Positions 10,491-21,900 of a stretch of DNA of 64,000 nucleotides are shown here, piece after piece. Within the stretch, counting starts at the first letter, position 1. Each line of letters starts with the position of its first letter. The position numbers and the translations under genes were made by a program. This DNA is from Escherichia phage Ge15, in sequence record PP359696.1; one strand, written 5' to 3'. The notes below the pieces were generated by a model. The model did no database searches, had not been told where the DNA came from, and saw only the letters and a list, made by a program, of their open reading frames with translations.

Positions 10491-11150
10491 TTATTTAGCC
10501 CTTCCTAGTATTCGTATCGCTTGGTTGCATATAGCCGCTAAGCGATCTTCCTCAAGTATATTACTCCCCTTATACCAATACATCGTCACAGTTCCAGCAT
10601 AGATGTTATCCAAATTAAAGTATGGACAACTATACATATAAGAAAGTTCGGCAGTCTTAGATTTTGTAGGCAAAAATGCAAATTCTGATTTAGATGAGAA
10701 ATGACGGCCACTTAAATGAATTATATATTCATTGGCCGTTTTATCCACTGGGAATCCGCCAAGGGACTTTTCAGAAATTGTGCTAGGTAGTTTGCCTTCA
10801 TAAGCTATAAGGTCGACAAAATAATTTAAGTTTTTAGGTCTGAAAGAATACACAGCACTAAAATCTGCACCAGATGAGATATGAACTATTTGCAGTTGTT
10901 CTAGAGCCGCAGATTCAAAACGTAAAGCTCGTTCTTTTTGGATTATTTCAGTATAAGTATCATACTTAGCTCTTACATAATAATCCAACAAAATACTTCC
11001 TTTGTACCATATTAGTGCCATTAGGAACAAAAGAATAATTACCGCCACTCGGGACATTAAAACCTTTCCGGTAGCGTTATCTTTGAAAATACGATCTAGC
11101 AACCCAAATAGAATATCACTAAGCGAAAATGATACTTTTGGTGTTGCCAT
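10491..11150 (-). CDS. t: holin T
   Basis: 219-aa ORF matching T4 holin (N-terminal transmembrane helix, large periplasmic domain). Confidence 0.9.
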   Translation of the reverse strand: MATPKVSFSLSDILFGLLDRIFKDNATGKVLMSRVAVIILLFLMALIWYKGSILLDYYVRAKYDTYTEIIQKERALRFESAALEQLQIVHISSGADFSAVYSFRPKNLNYFVDLIAYEGKLPSTISEKSLGGFPVDKTANEYIIHLSGRHFSSKSEFAFLPTKSKTAELSYMYSCPYFNLDNIYAGTVTMYWYKGSNILEEDRLAAICNQAIRILGRAK

Positions 11151-11159
11151 AATACCTCC

Positions 11160-11711
11160 TTACTTAAAGATATTTATAATCGCTTTGATAATAGATTTGT
11201 TTTCAAGGTCAGGGAATTTAGGGAATTCGCCGCCAAGATGTTCATGTTTTTCTAAAAGGGCAAAGAATTTTTTGAGCTCTTTAAATTTTCGTTTTTCTTC
11301 TCTATTAGCAACCTCTGCGTCAATAAGAGAACTTAAAACACTGAATAATTTATAGAGTTCATGAATTTTCTTATCACGTTGAACTACACGTTTATATGCT
11401 TCATCTTCCTTCCACCCGTCGTCGGTCCAAAGGTCAAATTCACCAGGTTCTTCTGTAGTAACATTTTGAAGAGCACCTGGAGTGTCAATAACAATTTTTT
11501 GCTTATCATATGTCCATACTGTTTTTCCTCGATGGTCTTCAACATATACCCATTCTTGCTCGCGTTCGTCAAATATAACAGCATAGCCTTCTTTAGGGTC
11601 TAAAGGTTTTTTTGGTGTCGAATGAGCCGGAAATCCTACGCCTTTTAATGGTTTATAATTTTCTTCTTTGTAAAATTCTTTAGTGTCAAAATAATAGTGA
11701 TAAATTTTCAT
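11160..11711 (-). CDS. 38: tail fibre assembly/adhesin-associated protein gp38 (T4 type)
   Basis: 183-aa ORF, same length as T4 gp38; downstream of gene 37. Confidence 0.8.
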   Translation of the reverse strand: MKIYHYYFDTKEFYKEENYKPLKGVGFPAHSTPKKPLDPKEGYAVIFDEREQEWVYVEDHRGKTVWTYDKQKIVIDTPGALQNVTTEEPGEFDLWTDDGWKEDEAYKRVVQRDKKIHELYKLFSVLSSLIDAEVANREEKRKFKELKKFFALLEKHEHLGGEFPKFPDLENKSIIKAIINIFK

Positions 11712-11716
11712 ATTCA

Positions 11717-11736
11717 GAAGGGGCCGAAGCCCCTCT
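11717..11736. terminator. hairpin gaaggggccgaagcccctc between genes 37 and 38
   Basis: GC stem with GNRA-like loop. Confidence 0.4.
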
Positions 11737-11738
11737 CC

Positions 11739-14700
11739 TTATGCTAAACGAACGATATAGTTAAAAGCAATGTTTTTAACCGTGTTTTCTGTATTACCTG
11801 TACTATTTACAGTGATAGTATGTCCGTGCGAACCAATCGCTACTGAATGCGAGTGGGCACCGATACCTACAGTGTGAGTGTGAGCACCGATACCTACAGT
11901 ATGAGCATGGTTACCCGTAGCGCTAGTAGTACCTGACCAAGTATGAGTATGGTTACCTTCTGTTGATGTTTTGGCCATATTCGACGATGCAGTAGCACCG
12001 CTCACGGTTGCAGTGAATTTAGCGTTGCCGTTTGGACCTACAGTATTGTATCCGTCATAGAATACGCTAGTGGTTATGCCGCCTTGTACCTGAGGACCTG
12101 AACGCGCGTGTTGGTGGTTACCTGCTGCGGCAGTAGTTCCACTCACCGTATGGTTATGGTTACCTGTGGTATTACTGGTTTTAGTACCATAATCAAAGCT
12201 TGAAGATGTTTTAGTACCATAATCAAAGCTTGATGTGGTTTTAGTACCCAAATCAGTATTAGATGCAGAAGCACTATGATTATGAGACTTAATACCATCA
12301 GCTTCTGCACTCAACACTGCACGACCACTCGGTTTACCCTTGATAGTTTGACCACGCATATCAGGCAGAGTGCCGGAAGGATACACAGCAGCTAACTTAG
12401 GATACAAGTCAGCATCAAATGTTTGACCTTCCATTATGGCATAACCTTCAGGAGGTGTATCAGTAGGCCAAGGAATCGGAGCACCAATTGGATAACTTGA
12501 GACAATATCTGTCTTAAGGTTATTTATTGTGGTATTCAAGTTAGCAAAATTACCAGAACCACCAGTAATATTACCATCAGTACCGAATTGAGCATTACCA
12601 ACTTTTAATGGTTTAGTAATATCGACAGAATCAGAGTTTAATGCAATACCATGTGAATATGTGTAGCTGTGCATACGAACGACGTTGCCGCCATCTCCAA
12701 TACCTAAATACCATTTCGGAACATCTGCTTTACGTCCTTGAATGAAGTTAGAAGACTCTTGTGTTGGAGCATTTATTCTAATAGCATCTGATGCCATATT
12801 TACTGTTATGCGTTGACCAGCCGTAGTTCCAGCCGCTTCTACTTTAAATCTACCGCCGCCGATATCTACATCATGATCCATGGAAACTTTACCAGTACTT
12901 AATGTAATATAGAACGGACGTAAATTAGAAATACCACCTGATTCACCAACATTCTGTGGAGTTGGAATAATATAAAGCTTATCTTCAGAACGACGGAAAA
13001 TAGCCCCGTATTCAGCATCGTAAATACGGAAAGCATCAGCAGTCCCGCCAATTTTAACCTGTCCGGTAATTGAGGCACCACCTTGAACAAACAATCCATT
13101 ATTCATTGTAACGTTGCCAACTAGAGTGCTTAATCCGTTAACTCTAAGACTTCCGTCGGTTATTAAGCTTCCTCTAGCATTAACCTGTCCATTGAACTGA
13201 GTTACAACAGGGCCTGTAGTTTCAGAACCGGTCGGAGCTACGCGTTGAGAATAGAAATAATAACCTTGGCCATCAGAAACCTCAAATACGGTTTCTCGAG
13301 CTTTATCACCAGTAGCATTAAATGAGTTACCCCATGCTTTCACGGTCACATAACTTTTGTTCTGGCCTGCACGAGTACCGCCTTCCCAAAGGATTTGTTT
13401 GGTGCCATCAATACCTGAAGCCGCTTTAAAAACTAGAGAAGCATTAGTTCCATCACCATTAAAATATAATCCATTATTAAGTTTTAATGTTTGAACAGAA
13501 GCGATGGTACCATCAGCACGCAAATTTAACGAATTTGAACCAGTTTTAATATCTAAAATGCCAGGCTCAACAAGAAGCCCATCACCCATACTAATGGACA
13601 TACGACCCGTGCCACGGAAATAGTGATACATTTTAGAATTACTGCTATACCCGATATGAGTTTGACCATCACCATTATTATTACCATCAACATCGGTACG
13701 CGCAGTAAACATTGCTTGGTTGTTATTTGGGTAATCCCATGTAGTTCCGGAATCACGGCTATAACCAACCATCAATTTTTTAGTACTGTTAATACCATTG
13801 TTCAAAATGGTAGCCGAAGAAATACCGTTGGCCATTAAATCGATAACGCCGTCGCGAACCCATTTAATACCTGTATCGTTATCACCAATGGCAATACCAA
13901 TAGAAATAGCTGAATCTAATGGATAACGTCCATTCGCACCACTATCCGGAAGACCTACGGAAATAGATTTACCTGCAGTAATACGCCCGGAGGTATCAAA
14001 CGCCCACTGGAAAGATGATGGTCCAATACCAGTCCACCAAGAAATTTCTTGTGGCTTACCTTTTCGGCAATCGGCAATTTCATGGAAAATACTTGATGCA
14101 CTTGATGCACGCAATTTACGCAAATAGTTTAAACCATTAGTAGTATTATCAGAACCATCAGCCGGTGGGTTATAAACCCAAGTAGGTAAAGAAACCCAAT
14201 CATACCCGATGTTGGCGTTAGAGACAAATGTTTTTGTACTGAAATTAATATTTTTAGTAACAATTTCAGGACCGGTGATAATACCATTAGCAGAGTTAAT
14301 ATTGCCTGACGCAGAAATATTACCACTGCGAACTTCAAGACTGCCAGAATCTACAATAAAATTACCATTACGGTTAAAGACCCAGTGTTTAGAATTGTCT
14401 GGAGCTGTAGAATCAATATAATGAACTCTAAATGAGCCTTCGCTTACTAATGTACCTACTGAAAAAGTACCGTCTTTATAACGTTGCTTAATCAGAGGAT
14501 GGTATTCAGACCCTGAGGTAGTTGAACTCAAATCGGTGAAAATTGGAGCTTTATTTGTGTGCTGATTTGCCCAAGCACCATTTCCAGCAGTTTTTGGCAA
14601 GAATTCAATATACTTTCCTGCATAAACAAACTGATTTCCATTAAGATTATACGTGCCGTTTTGTAAATAATCACCATTTTGAGTAATATTTCCACTAATG

Positions 14701-14870
14701 TTACCACCGGCAGAAATGCTTAAATCAATAATATTTCCCGAGTCATCTTTAGTAAAAAGAGTACGGTCTTTTAAGTTTATAGCCAATTCACCTTCGGCTA
14801 ATACTGAAGCAGCAGGGCGTTGACCTGCAGTTTTGCTTCTTTTAAATTGTATTTGTTTTAAAGTAGCCAT
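11739..14870 (-). CDS. 37: long tail fibre distal subunit gp37 (receptor-binding tip)
   Basis: 1043-aa ORF; C-terminus with His-x-His boxes and ...[15 protein letters not shown] as in T4 gp37. Confidence 0.9.
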   Translation of the reverse strand: MATLKQIQFKRSKTAGQRPAASVLAEGELAINLKDRTLFTKDDSGNIIDLSISAGGNISGNITQNGDYLQNGTYNLNGNQFVYAGKYIEFLPKTAGNGAWANQHTNKAPIFTDLSSTTSGSEYHPLIKQRYKDGTFSVGTLVSEGSFRVHYIDSTAPDNSKHWVFNRNGNFIVDSGSLEVRSGNISASGNINSANGIITGPEIVTKNINFSTKTFVSNANIGYDWVSLPTWVYNPPADGSDNTTNGLNYLRKLRASSASSIFHEIADCRKGKPQEISWWTGIGPSSFQWAFDTSGRITAGKSISVGLPDSGANGRYPLDSAISIGIAIGDNDTGIKWVRDGVIDLMANGISSATILNNGINSTKKLMVGYSRDSGTTWDYPNNNQAMFTARTDVDGNNNGDGQTHIGYSSNSKMYHYFRGTGRMSISMGDGLLVEPGILDIKTGSNSLNLRADGTIASVQTLKLNNGLYFNGDGTNASLVFKAASGIDGTKQILWEGGTRAGQNKSYVTVKAWGNSFNATGDKARETVFEVSDGQGYYFYSQRVAPTGSETTGPVVTQFNGQVNARGSLITDGSLRVNGLSTLVGNVTMNNGLFVQGGASITGQVKIGGTADAFRIYDAEYGAIFRRSEDKLYIIPTPQNVGESGGISNLRPFYITLSTGKVSMDHDVDIGGGRFKVEAAGTTAGQRITVNMASDAIRINAPTQESSNFIQGRKADVPKWYLGIGDGGNVVRMHSYTYSHGIALNSDSVDITKPLKVGNAQFGTDGNITGGSGNFANLNTTINNLKTDIVSSYPIGAPIPWPTDTPPEGYAIMEGQTFDADLYPKLAAVYPSGTLPDMRGQTIKGKPSGRAVLSAEADGIKSHNHSASASNTDLGTKTTSSFDYGTKTSSSFDYGTKTSNTTGNHNHTVSGTTAAAGNHQHARSGPQVQGGITTSVFYDGYNTVGPNGNAKFTATVSGATASSNMAKTSTEGNHTHTWSGTTSATGNHAHTVGIGAHTHTVGIGAHSHSVAIGSHGHTITVNSTGNTENTVKNIAFNYIVRLA
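11853..11906 (-). repeat. 27-bp tandem duplication inside gene 37 (codes GIGAHTHTV x2)
   Basis: gtgggcaccgatacctacagtgtgagt / gtgagcaccgatacctacagtatgagc adjacent copies. Confidence 0.7.
12179..12270 (-). repeat. 30-bp tandem repeat (2 full + 1 degenerate unit) inside gene 37 (codes [10 protein letters not shown] units)
   Basis: ttttagtaccataatcaaagcttgaagatg repeated head to tail. Confidence 0.7.
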
Positions 14871-14878
14871 AAGTCCTC

Positions 14879-15544
14879 TTAATAATAGCCGAAATCTTGA
14901 ACAGAATCCTTAATAACAATTTGATCAAATCGTGGAACATGTGAAGGTTGAGACGCTGGATTCTGTGAGAAAAAGTTTGGAGCTGTTAAATTTCCAGTCA
15001 TAGTATCGCCTCTACGCAATACACGTGAATTTGCGTTATCCGTAACAATATTTATTGCTCCATCAACATAATCTTTTCTTGTGAGATCATTTGCTGCAAC
15101 TGGAGCAGTCATATCGCTTCTTACTTGTCCTGAAGCAGATACAACGCCTTTTGTGCTAATATCACCATTACGTGCATTAATTACTACAGTTCTACCTGCA
15201 GATCCTTGTGATGATTTAAAACCAATTCCATACCATGAAACAATATCAATATTTGCTGTAGCAAAAGTAGCTGCATCACCGTTACCTGGATAAACACCGC
15301 TTTGGTTTGTATTGTTTATAGCATATGGTATTTGCACGCCACCGTTAAATGTTACCTTTGAAGCGTAAGTACCACCATTAGCTTTAGAAACGAAATCGTT
15401 ATCAGCTGCTTGTGGTTTATTATATTCTGTATATATTTTAAATGATTTATAGAGTACATCGTCACCGGCTGGATTCAATGGAAAATTTCCTTGATGCCAA
15501 ATGACAGAGCCTCCAGTTGTTGAACCTACTTTTAAATCAGCCAT
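14879..15544 (-). CDS. 36: long tail fibre hinge connector gp36
   Basis: 221-aa ORF, same length as T4 gp36; synteny. Confidence 0.85.
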   Translation of the reverse strand: MADLKVGSTTGGSVIWHQGNFPLNPAGDDVLYKSFKIYTEYNKPQAADNDFVSKANGGTYASKVTFNGGVQIPYAINNTNQSGVYPGNGDAATFATANIDIVSWYGIGFKSSQGSAGRTVVINARNGDISTKGVVSASGQVRSDMTAPVAANDLTRKDYVDGAINIVTDNANSRVLRRGDTMTGNLTAPNFFSQNPASQPSHVPRFDQIVIKDSVQDFGYY

Positions 15545-15567
15545 TGTATGCCCCTTTATTTTAATAG

Positions 15568-15575
15568 TATTTATA
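15568..15575 (-). promoter_or_regulatory. late promoter TATAAATA upstream of gene 36
   Basis: tatttata on + strand equals TATAAATA on - strand, about 25 nt upstream of the gene 36 start. Confidence 0.5.
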
Positions 15576-15606
15576 AAGAAAAAGGGAACCCGAAGGCTCC
15601 CTCAAT

Positions 15607-16722
15607 TTAAACTTCTCTAAATTCTTGCCCAAACACTTTACCAGTTTTAGACGATGCTTGCGTAGGAAGTACCATTATATCCGGAGGTGAAGCAGATTCA
15701 CAGACATAATTAACTCTAATACCGTTAACACCAAACTCAGCGGGTTTTGAAATTCCACCATTTCTTGATACTTCAGAAAAGCTTAAATTTCGCATGCCGC
15801 CTTGTCCTGCTTGAGCAGTTCTCTGCGCATATATCGTAAATCCTACAGCGTTTTCTGGAACAACTACATAATCTTCCTTTAATTCCCAAGACCCAGCCTG
15901 TCCAGTAAACTCAGCCTGTGTTGAAGAAATATATCCGTTTGATGAATTATAAAAACGAATGGATATATTTGTAGTTCCAAGAGCGAGTAAATCAGCATCA
16001 GCATATAGTTGCGCTTTAAGATAAAGAACATCGCCAGGAATTAAATTGTAGTCAGATAGTTTACTTATCGCGGATGAAGTCGGTAAACGCGCAATTTCGT
16101 TATTAGTTCCACCAACAGCTGACATAAATTGCTCAACGCTTTCGTATGTTCTTTTAGGAAATCCTGTCGCTCCAACATCTTCTAAACTATCAAATACTAC
16201 ATCTAATACAGTTTGATAATCATCTGTGCTTTTTCTGTTACTTAATTTAACATGTTCTAATGCGATAGCTCTTTTAGAAGAAGTGTAAAAAGCAGCATAT
16301 GATACATCAAATCTCGACAATATAGAGTCAGATGGAAAAGCAGACGTTCCTGCTGTTCTTAACCAAGATACTACTTCAGGAGGAAAATTAACCTTTCCGT
16401 TAGTTAATATAGCAACAAGTCTATTGCTTGAAAAAGAATTCATGAAACTAACAAAGGCAGCTGATGTAGTATCATTTGAAGTCGAAAAAGCATATGATTT
16501 ACTATCAACTAATGCTCCGGTGGAAGGGTCAAAAACTCTTAAATGAAGGCCTGCGCTAAATGTTTGACTTCCTACAGGATTATCCTGAAATTTAACGTAT
16601 GGTCCTGCTGTAGAAAGCGGGCAAGAACCCGCTATGCTTATTTTATATCTTACTGAATTGCTTTCCGATAAAAATGGCGTTTGGACATATCCTTGTCCAA
16701 ACTCTGCCATAAATTTTTCCAT
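15607..16722 (-). CDS. 35: long tail fibre proximal connector gp35
   Basis: 371-aa ORF; synteny between 34 and 36. Confidence 0.85.
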   Translation of the reverse strand: MEKFMAEFGQGYVQTPFLSESNSVRYKISIAGSCPLSTAGPYVKFQDNPVGSQTFSAGLHLRVFDPSTGALVDSKSYAFSTSNDTTSAAFVSFMNSFSSNRLVAILTNGKVNFPPEVVSWLRTAGTSAFPSDSILSRFDVSYAAFYTSSKRAIALEHVKLSNRKSTDDYQTVLDVVFDSLEDVGATGFPKRTYESVEQFMSAVGGTNNEIARLPTSSAISKLSDYNLIPGDVLYLKAQLYADADLLALGTTNISIRFYNSSNGYISSTQAEFTGQAGSWELKEDYVVVPENAVGFTIYAQRTAQAGQGGMRNLSFSEVSRNGGISKPAEFGVNGIRVNYVCESASPPDIMVLPTQASSKTGKVFGQEFREV

Positions 16723-16730
16723 AATACCTC

Positions 16731-19700
16731 TTATTCAACCCATTCAAATTTAACAGTTTTATTCACTGGGTCAGGAATAATGCGAACATTACCAATTCGT
16801 AAGAAATCACGAATAGTAAGATTCCCCATTGTAGCATTATCAGATGGTAAAGCACCGATATCAGATGGTTGAGGAGGGTTACCTCCATCAAATACCTGAA
16901 CAAAACTTGACCAAGAGTTTTTGGTTTTCTGCCATGTACGTGTCCAGCGAGTGGTACGTGCTTCTGGAGTCGTTGGATAAGTAATCCAATCTTGGTAAAG
17001 CGAATCAAGTGTGTTACCAAACTGAGTCAATGTACCAGGAGATTTAACTTCTTCGCCACGTTCTAGGTACGGAAGCCCAGTCACTTCATTAGTTTTTTCA
17101 ACCATTTTAAAATAACCTGGGAACTGGTTATAAGTAGCTGAATCATTAATATCAATTGACCAGAATCCTACGGTATCAGATGTTGGCGCACGGGTATATA
17201 AGTCAGAGGTTTTAGTGCCCTGAGAACGAATTCTCGAGTTAACAGTTAAACCACCTGAATTTATAGTAGCACCTTTGGCAATGATTAAGCTTTCACCAAT
17301 AGTTACTTGACCAGATGCATTATTAATAGCTAAAGGACGTAATCCATTAAATCCGCCAGTCTGATCACCCGATGCAGTAAGCATAAAATAGGTGTTAGCA
17401 GCATCATTGCGAATAAAGAATCCATAGTCGCCATTTATTGCTCTGAAAGCATTTGCAGACTTGCTGATGAATTCGCCATTGGCTGTAACTGAACTACCAA
17501 ATGTTGCAACGCCGTTCGCATTCAAAGAACCCGAAGCATTAACATTTATTGGCATTACAGTACCATTGATACTAAACGTTATATTCCCAGCTTTATTGCG
17601 TTGAGAATAAAAGTGATTAGACGTTTCATCACCAACTTCAAATACAGTAGAACGTGTTGTATCTGAACCGCCACCAAACTGATTTCCCCAAACTCTGATA
17701 GTCATCGTCTGTACTGGGTTAGTTCCAGTTTGAGGTCCTTTCTCAAAAATCAGACGAGTTGCCGTTCCAGTATTAGAAATAGTTAATGTGCTGTTTGCCG
17801 AAACTGATCCGCCAAACGTAGCAGTACTAGATGATACAAGAGGGGCACTCAGATTCGTTTGTTGAGTTAAGGTTAGTGAACCATTAACCGTCTGTGCAAT
17901 ATCCCTACGAATGAACTGAGATGAATCTAGACCATCCAATAAATTTGTATCAGCAGCTTTTGCTTTTAATGGCAAATAATTTGCTAATACACGGTTTAAT
18001 TCATATGGTGATACCGCATAGCTATTTTTCTCATACAGTTCTAAATCTTGGGTAGAACCGACTGTATCATTACCAACGAATGTAATTGAACCAGATGAAG
18101 TTTTAACAAAACCTCTTATTGCAGTAGTAGCTGCCCAGGTAGGTTCACTCTGCACAATCCATTTTAAATTTTTTGGAGATACAGCAGTATTTGCTGATGT
18201 TCCAGTCACAGTTTCAGACTGGGTTGCAACTTTAATAACACCTTCCTGTGCTTCAGTAGATTTAGTACCTAAAAGTTTTTTAGGAGTTATTAAAACATTA
18301 TCTAATGTTCCTGTAGCAGCTTCGACCTGTGTAGCTACACGAAGTGTACCACGCTGTGTCTCATTTGCTTCAAGAATATTAAGGGTATAATGGTCCCAGA
18401 GAGTTCCTGATTCAACTAATCCAGATAGAGCAACAACAGAAGTACGATCAGTACTATTAAATCTGGTTTTAATTTTTAATGGTGTAGAGATACGAGTATC
18501 GTCGACGCCTGCGTCGAATTCAACTTGTGTAGCAATTTCAGCTATACCACTTAAACTTTCAGTTGCTCTACGGTCATTTAAAGTTTTAGGAGTGACTGCA
18601 CGAGTATAATCAGTTCCTGTATTAACTTCACTTTGCGTAGCAATTTCAATTAAACCAATTCTTCCATCAGTTGATGTCTTTTTATGTAACGTTTCTGGCG
18701 TTACAACAGCATTTGCCCATCCTTCTTGACTCTGTCCAGCAATTACTTCACTTTCAACTGCTAAAATTACTGCACCTTGTTGCGTTGGAGTAGCTTTATA
18801 CTGATCCAAAGCTTTAGGTGAAACAACTAAATTATTAGTGTTTTTATTATAAACGTTGGTACCATTTAATTCACGGCTAGAAGCTGGAGTAGCACCTGCA
18901 GTAGATACAAAAGTTACAATACCAGATAATGATTCAGAACCTTGACGAGCTTGAAGCTTTTTAGGAGTGATGATTGTAGTATCATCAGTACCTGTATTAG
19001 TTTCTTGCTGCGTAGCAATTTCAGCAACACCTCTACGAGTTTCTGTAGCAGTTCTTTCATTCAGCTTTTTAGGAGTGATGATAAGGTCATCAGCAAAAGA
19101 GAATGTGGTGTTCTGATTTACTTGAGCAGTAGTTGCTATTCTTGCGATACCTCTACGGGTTTCAGTAGCAGTACGATTAGCTAACGTTTCTGGAGTAATT
19201 GCTAATTCTTTTTGTGGAGAATTTTCTAAATCGACATTAGCTTGAGCTTGTGTAGCTAAAGCAATTACGCCTAATCTTGCTCTAGTAGAATCATTTAAAG
19301 AATCTACTCTTTCTACAGTTGGAACGTTTTGCTGTACAACCCAGTATTTTCCATCAGAATCTTCTATATAAGCAAGTTGTAAAACTGGAACATAATTAGT
19401 TTCACCGTTAAAAACTAATTCTTGAACTGTAACCCATTCAGCTTCAGGTGGATATTCTGAGCGTTTTGGGAATTGCAGCAATTGAACTGAAGAAGCAATT
19501 TTATCTTCACCTGCAGCTTTGATTTTAACTGTTTGTCCTTTTCTCATGTAATTCATGGAAATTTTAACAGTATCACCAACAGAAATATCAGTAGGAAGCT
19601 GAAGTTCAATTGTCTGAGTTGTTCCGTTATTCGCACCAAATACCATAACTTCTTCGTTTGGACGAATATTAGAATTAGTCGTTATAATACGTAAACGTGC

Positions 19701-20600
19701 TTTACTATCCCCGTCAAACAATCTCCACAATTTCTCATTATCATCAAACATCAAGAAACCGTCAATCGATGTACGGCCTTCAATGGAATGAGTTCCAACT
19801 TCTTGTACTGAAGTCGTTTCATCGTATGTAGTAACAATTGTATGATAAAGTGGATTCAGTTTATCTAAATCGACAAAATTAATAATATCGCCATGATTAG
19901 CAAATCTTGGAAGTTTAACATTAATTGGTGCAGCAGAAGTAAATCTACGTACGATAAAATCATTAGATTGCGCCTGATAGAGACTTGCTGGTGTTACAAC
20001 GACAGCTTCTCTACTATAATCGGCAACATACATTTGCCACAGACGATTACTAAAAATTAAAACTAGCTGTGACTTTGGATGAGTCATTAGTACTGAACGT
20101 ACTTGTTCACCTCTAAAGTTTACAATACTTTGCACTGGAGCTACAATTAAAACTTGGTTAACTCCGGGTTTTCCTCCAATATCTTGGAGAACGATAGTAT
20201 CACCATCAATTGGAGTAGATGGTAAAGTAAATGTGATGTCATTTCCAGCTGCAGTATTAACCGAAATTGCTTCGCCAGATTTTAATTGATATGAACCAGA
20301 TGAAACCGTAATCCAGTTAGCATCTGTACGTAATGCTCTCCAGCGTCCGCTATTAAAAGCTCCTGCCGGTTTTGGAATATCATTTATAGCAGCCCAAAAG
20401 CGGTTATCATAAATGATTACAAAATCTTTTAAATATCCACGAGTTGGATCGTATTGTTGAACTGTGTTTTCTTGAATTAGGTAATCAACGTTAACACCGT
20501 CAGTTCCTACGGCACGATCAGCTAAAGCTACGTTGATTATTTTATCACCACCTGCGTCCAGACCATCTTCTGCTCTGAACTTTCTTTTAATCTCGGCCAT
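16731..20600 (-). CDS. 34: long tail fibre proximal subunit gp34
   Basis: 1289-aa ORF, same length as T4 gp34. Confidence 0.9.
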   Translation of the reverse strand: MAEIKRKFRAEDGLDAGGDKIINVALADRAVGTDGVNVDYLIQENTVQQYDPTRGYLKDFVIIYDNRFWAAINDIPKPAGAFNSGRWRALRTDANWITVSSGSYQLKSGEAISVNTAAGNDITFTLPSTPIDGDTIVLQDIGGKPGVNQVLIVAPVQSIVNFRGEQVRSVLMTHPKSQLVLIFSNRLWQMYVADYSREAVVVTPASLYQAQSNDFIVRRFTSAAPINVKLPRFANHGDIINFVDLDKLNPLYHTIVTTYDETTSVQEVGTHSIEGRTSIDGFLMFDDNEKLWRLFDGDSKARLRIITTNSNIRPNEEVMVFGANNGTTQTIELQLPTDISVGDTVKISMNYMRKGQTVKIKAAGEDKIASSVQLLQFPKRSEYPPEAEWVTVQELVFNGETNYVPVLQLAYIEDSDGKYWVVQQNVPTVERVDSLNDSTRARLGVIALATQAQANVDLENSPQKELAITPETLANRTATETRRGIARIATTAQVNQNTTFSFADDLIITPKKLNERTATETRRGVAEIATQQETNTGTDDTTIITPKKLQARQGSESLSGIVTFVSTAGATPASSRELNGTNVYNKNTNNLVVSPKALDQYKATPTQQGAVILAVESEVIAGQSQEGWANAVVTPETLHKKTSTDGRIGLIEIATQSEVNTGTDYTRAVTPKTLNDRRATESLSGIAEIATQVEFDAGVDDTRISTPLKIKTRFNSTDRTSVVALSGLVESGTLWDHYTLNILEANETQRGTLRVATQVEAATGTLDNVLITPKKLLGTKSTEAQEGVIKVATQSETVTGTSANTAVSPKNLKWIVQSEPTWAATTAIRGFVKTSSGSITFVGNDTVGSTQDLELYEKNSYAVSPYELNRVLANYLPLKAKAADTNLLDGLDSSQFIRRDIAQTVNGSLTLTQQTNLSAPLVSSSTATFGGSVSANSTLTISNTGTATRLIFEKGPQTGTNPVQTMTIRVWGNQFGGGSDTTRSTVFEVGDETSNHFYSQRNKAGNITFSINGTVMPINVNASGSLNANGVATFGSSVTANGEFISKSANAFRAINGDYGFFIRNDAANTYFMLTASGDQTGGFNGLRPLAINNASGQVTIGESLIIAKGATINSGGLTVNSRIRSQGTKTSDLYTRAPTSDTVGFWSIDINDSATYNQFPGYFKMVEKTNEVTGLPYLERGEEVKSPGTLTQFGNTLDSLYQDWITYPTTPEARTTRWTRTWQKTKNSWSSFVQVFDGGNPPQPSDIGALPSDNATMGNLTIRDFLRIGNVRIIPDPVNKTVKFEWVE

Positions 20601-20634
20601 TCTCCCGGGCTCCTATTGTGTTTTCAATAATAAG

Positions 20635-20642
20635 TATTTATA
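20635..20642 (-). promoter_or_regulatory. late promoter TATAAATA upstream of gene 34
   Basis: tatttata on + strand, about 35 nt upstream of the gene 34 start. Confidence 0.5.
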
Positions 20643-20704
20643 CTTGTTTACTTTAAGATTCGGATGGTATATAATAGAAATCTCACTAATTGAACGAGGT
20701 TCAT

Positions 20705-21622
20705 ATGGATTTAGAAATGATGCTGGATGAAGATTACAAAGAAGGAATCTGCTTAATTGACTTTAGTCAAATTGCGCTTTCAACTGCTTTGGTAAACTTC
20801 CCAGATAAAGAAAAAATTAATTTATCAATGGTTCGTCATTTGATATTGAACTCAATTAAGTTTAATGTCAAAAAAGCAAAAACTCTTGGATACACTAAAA
20901 TTGTATTGTGTATTGATAACGCGAAATCTGGATACTGGCGTCGTGATTTTGCTTATTATTATAAGAAAAACCGTGGAAAAGCACGAGAAGAATCTACTTG
21001 GGACTGGGAAGGTTATTTTGAATCCAGTCATAAAGTTATAGATGAATTGAAAGCTTATATGCCATACATCGTTATGGATATTGATAAGTATGAAGCAGAT
21101 GACCATATTGCTGTTCTTGTTAAAAAGTTCTCTTTAGAAGGGCATAAGATTTTAATCATTTCATCGGATGGTGACTTTACTCAACTTCACAAATACCCAA
21201 ATGTTAAGCAATGGTCACCGATGCACAAGAAATGGGTTAAAATTAAAAGCGGTTCTGCTGAAATTGACTGTATGACTAAAATCCTTAAAGGCGACAAAAA
21301 GGATAACGTTGCTTCAGTTAAAGTACGATCTGACTTTTGGTTTACCAAAGTTGAAGGTGAACGAACTCCTTCAATGAAAACTTCAATCGTTGAAGCTATT
21401 GCTAATGACCGTGAGCAAGCTAAGGTGCTTCTCACAGAATCTGAATATAATCGTTATAAAGAAAATTTAGTTCTAATTGATTTTGATTATATTCCTGATA
21501 ATATTGCTTCAAACATTGTGAATTATTATAATTCATATAAATTACCACCGCGTGGCAAAATTTATTCATATTTTGTAAAAGCGGGTCTTTCTAAATTAAC
21601 TAATAGCATTAATGAATTTTGA
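20705..21622 (+). CDS. rnh: RNase H (5'-3' exonuclease, FEN-1 family)
   Basis: 305-aa ORF from MDLEMMLDEDY matching T4 RNase H; ORF track start 20690 is an upstream in-frame ATG. Confidence 0.9.
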   Translation: MDLEMMLDEDYKEGICLIDFSQIALSTALVNFPDKEKINLSMVRHLILNSIKFNVKKAKTLGYTKIVLCIDNAKSGYWRRDFAYYYKKNRGKAREESTWDWEGYFESSHKVIDELKAYMPYIVMDIDKYEADDHIAVLVKKFSLEGHKILIISSDGDFTQLHKYPNVKQWSPMHKKWVKIKSGSAEIDCMTKILKGDKKDNVASVKVRSDFWFTKVEGERTPSMKTSIVEAIANDREQAKVLLTESEYNRYKENLVLIDFDYIPDNIASNIVNYYNSYKLPPRGKIYSYFVKAGLSKLTNSINEF

Positions 21623-21630
21623 GGTGAATA

Positions 21631-21900
21631 ATGGCTAAAAAAGAAATGGTTGAATTTGATGAAGCTATCCACGGCGAAGACTTGGCTAAATTTATTAAAG
21701 AAGCATCTGATCATAAACTGAAAATTTCCGGTTATAATGAACTGATTAAAGATATTCGAATTCGTGCTAAAGATGAACTTGGCGTTGATGGTAAGATGTT
21801 TAATCGTCTATTAGCTTTGTATCATAAAGATAACCGTGATGTGTTTGAAGCTGAAACTGAAGAGGTAGTTGAACTTTATGACACAGTTTTCTCTAAATGA
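21631..21900 (+). CDS. dsbA: dsDNA-binding protein DsbA (late transcription enhancer)
   Basis: 89-aa ORF; position between rnh and gene 33. Confidence 0.8.
   Translation: MAKKEMVEFDEAIHGEDLAKFIKEASDHKLKISGYNELIKDIRIRAKDELGVDGKMFNRLLALYHKDNRDVFEAETEEVVELYDTVFSK

Noticed and set aside
12179-12270. Tandem 30-bp repeats considered as a possible CRISPR or VNTR array
   Set aside because: Units are contiguous (no spacers), in frame and inside gene 37; they are coding repeats.
12899-14421. Small ORFs on both strands inside gene 37
   Set aside because: Embedded in the 1043-aa tail fibre ORF; no start context; antisense or alternate-frame artefacts.
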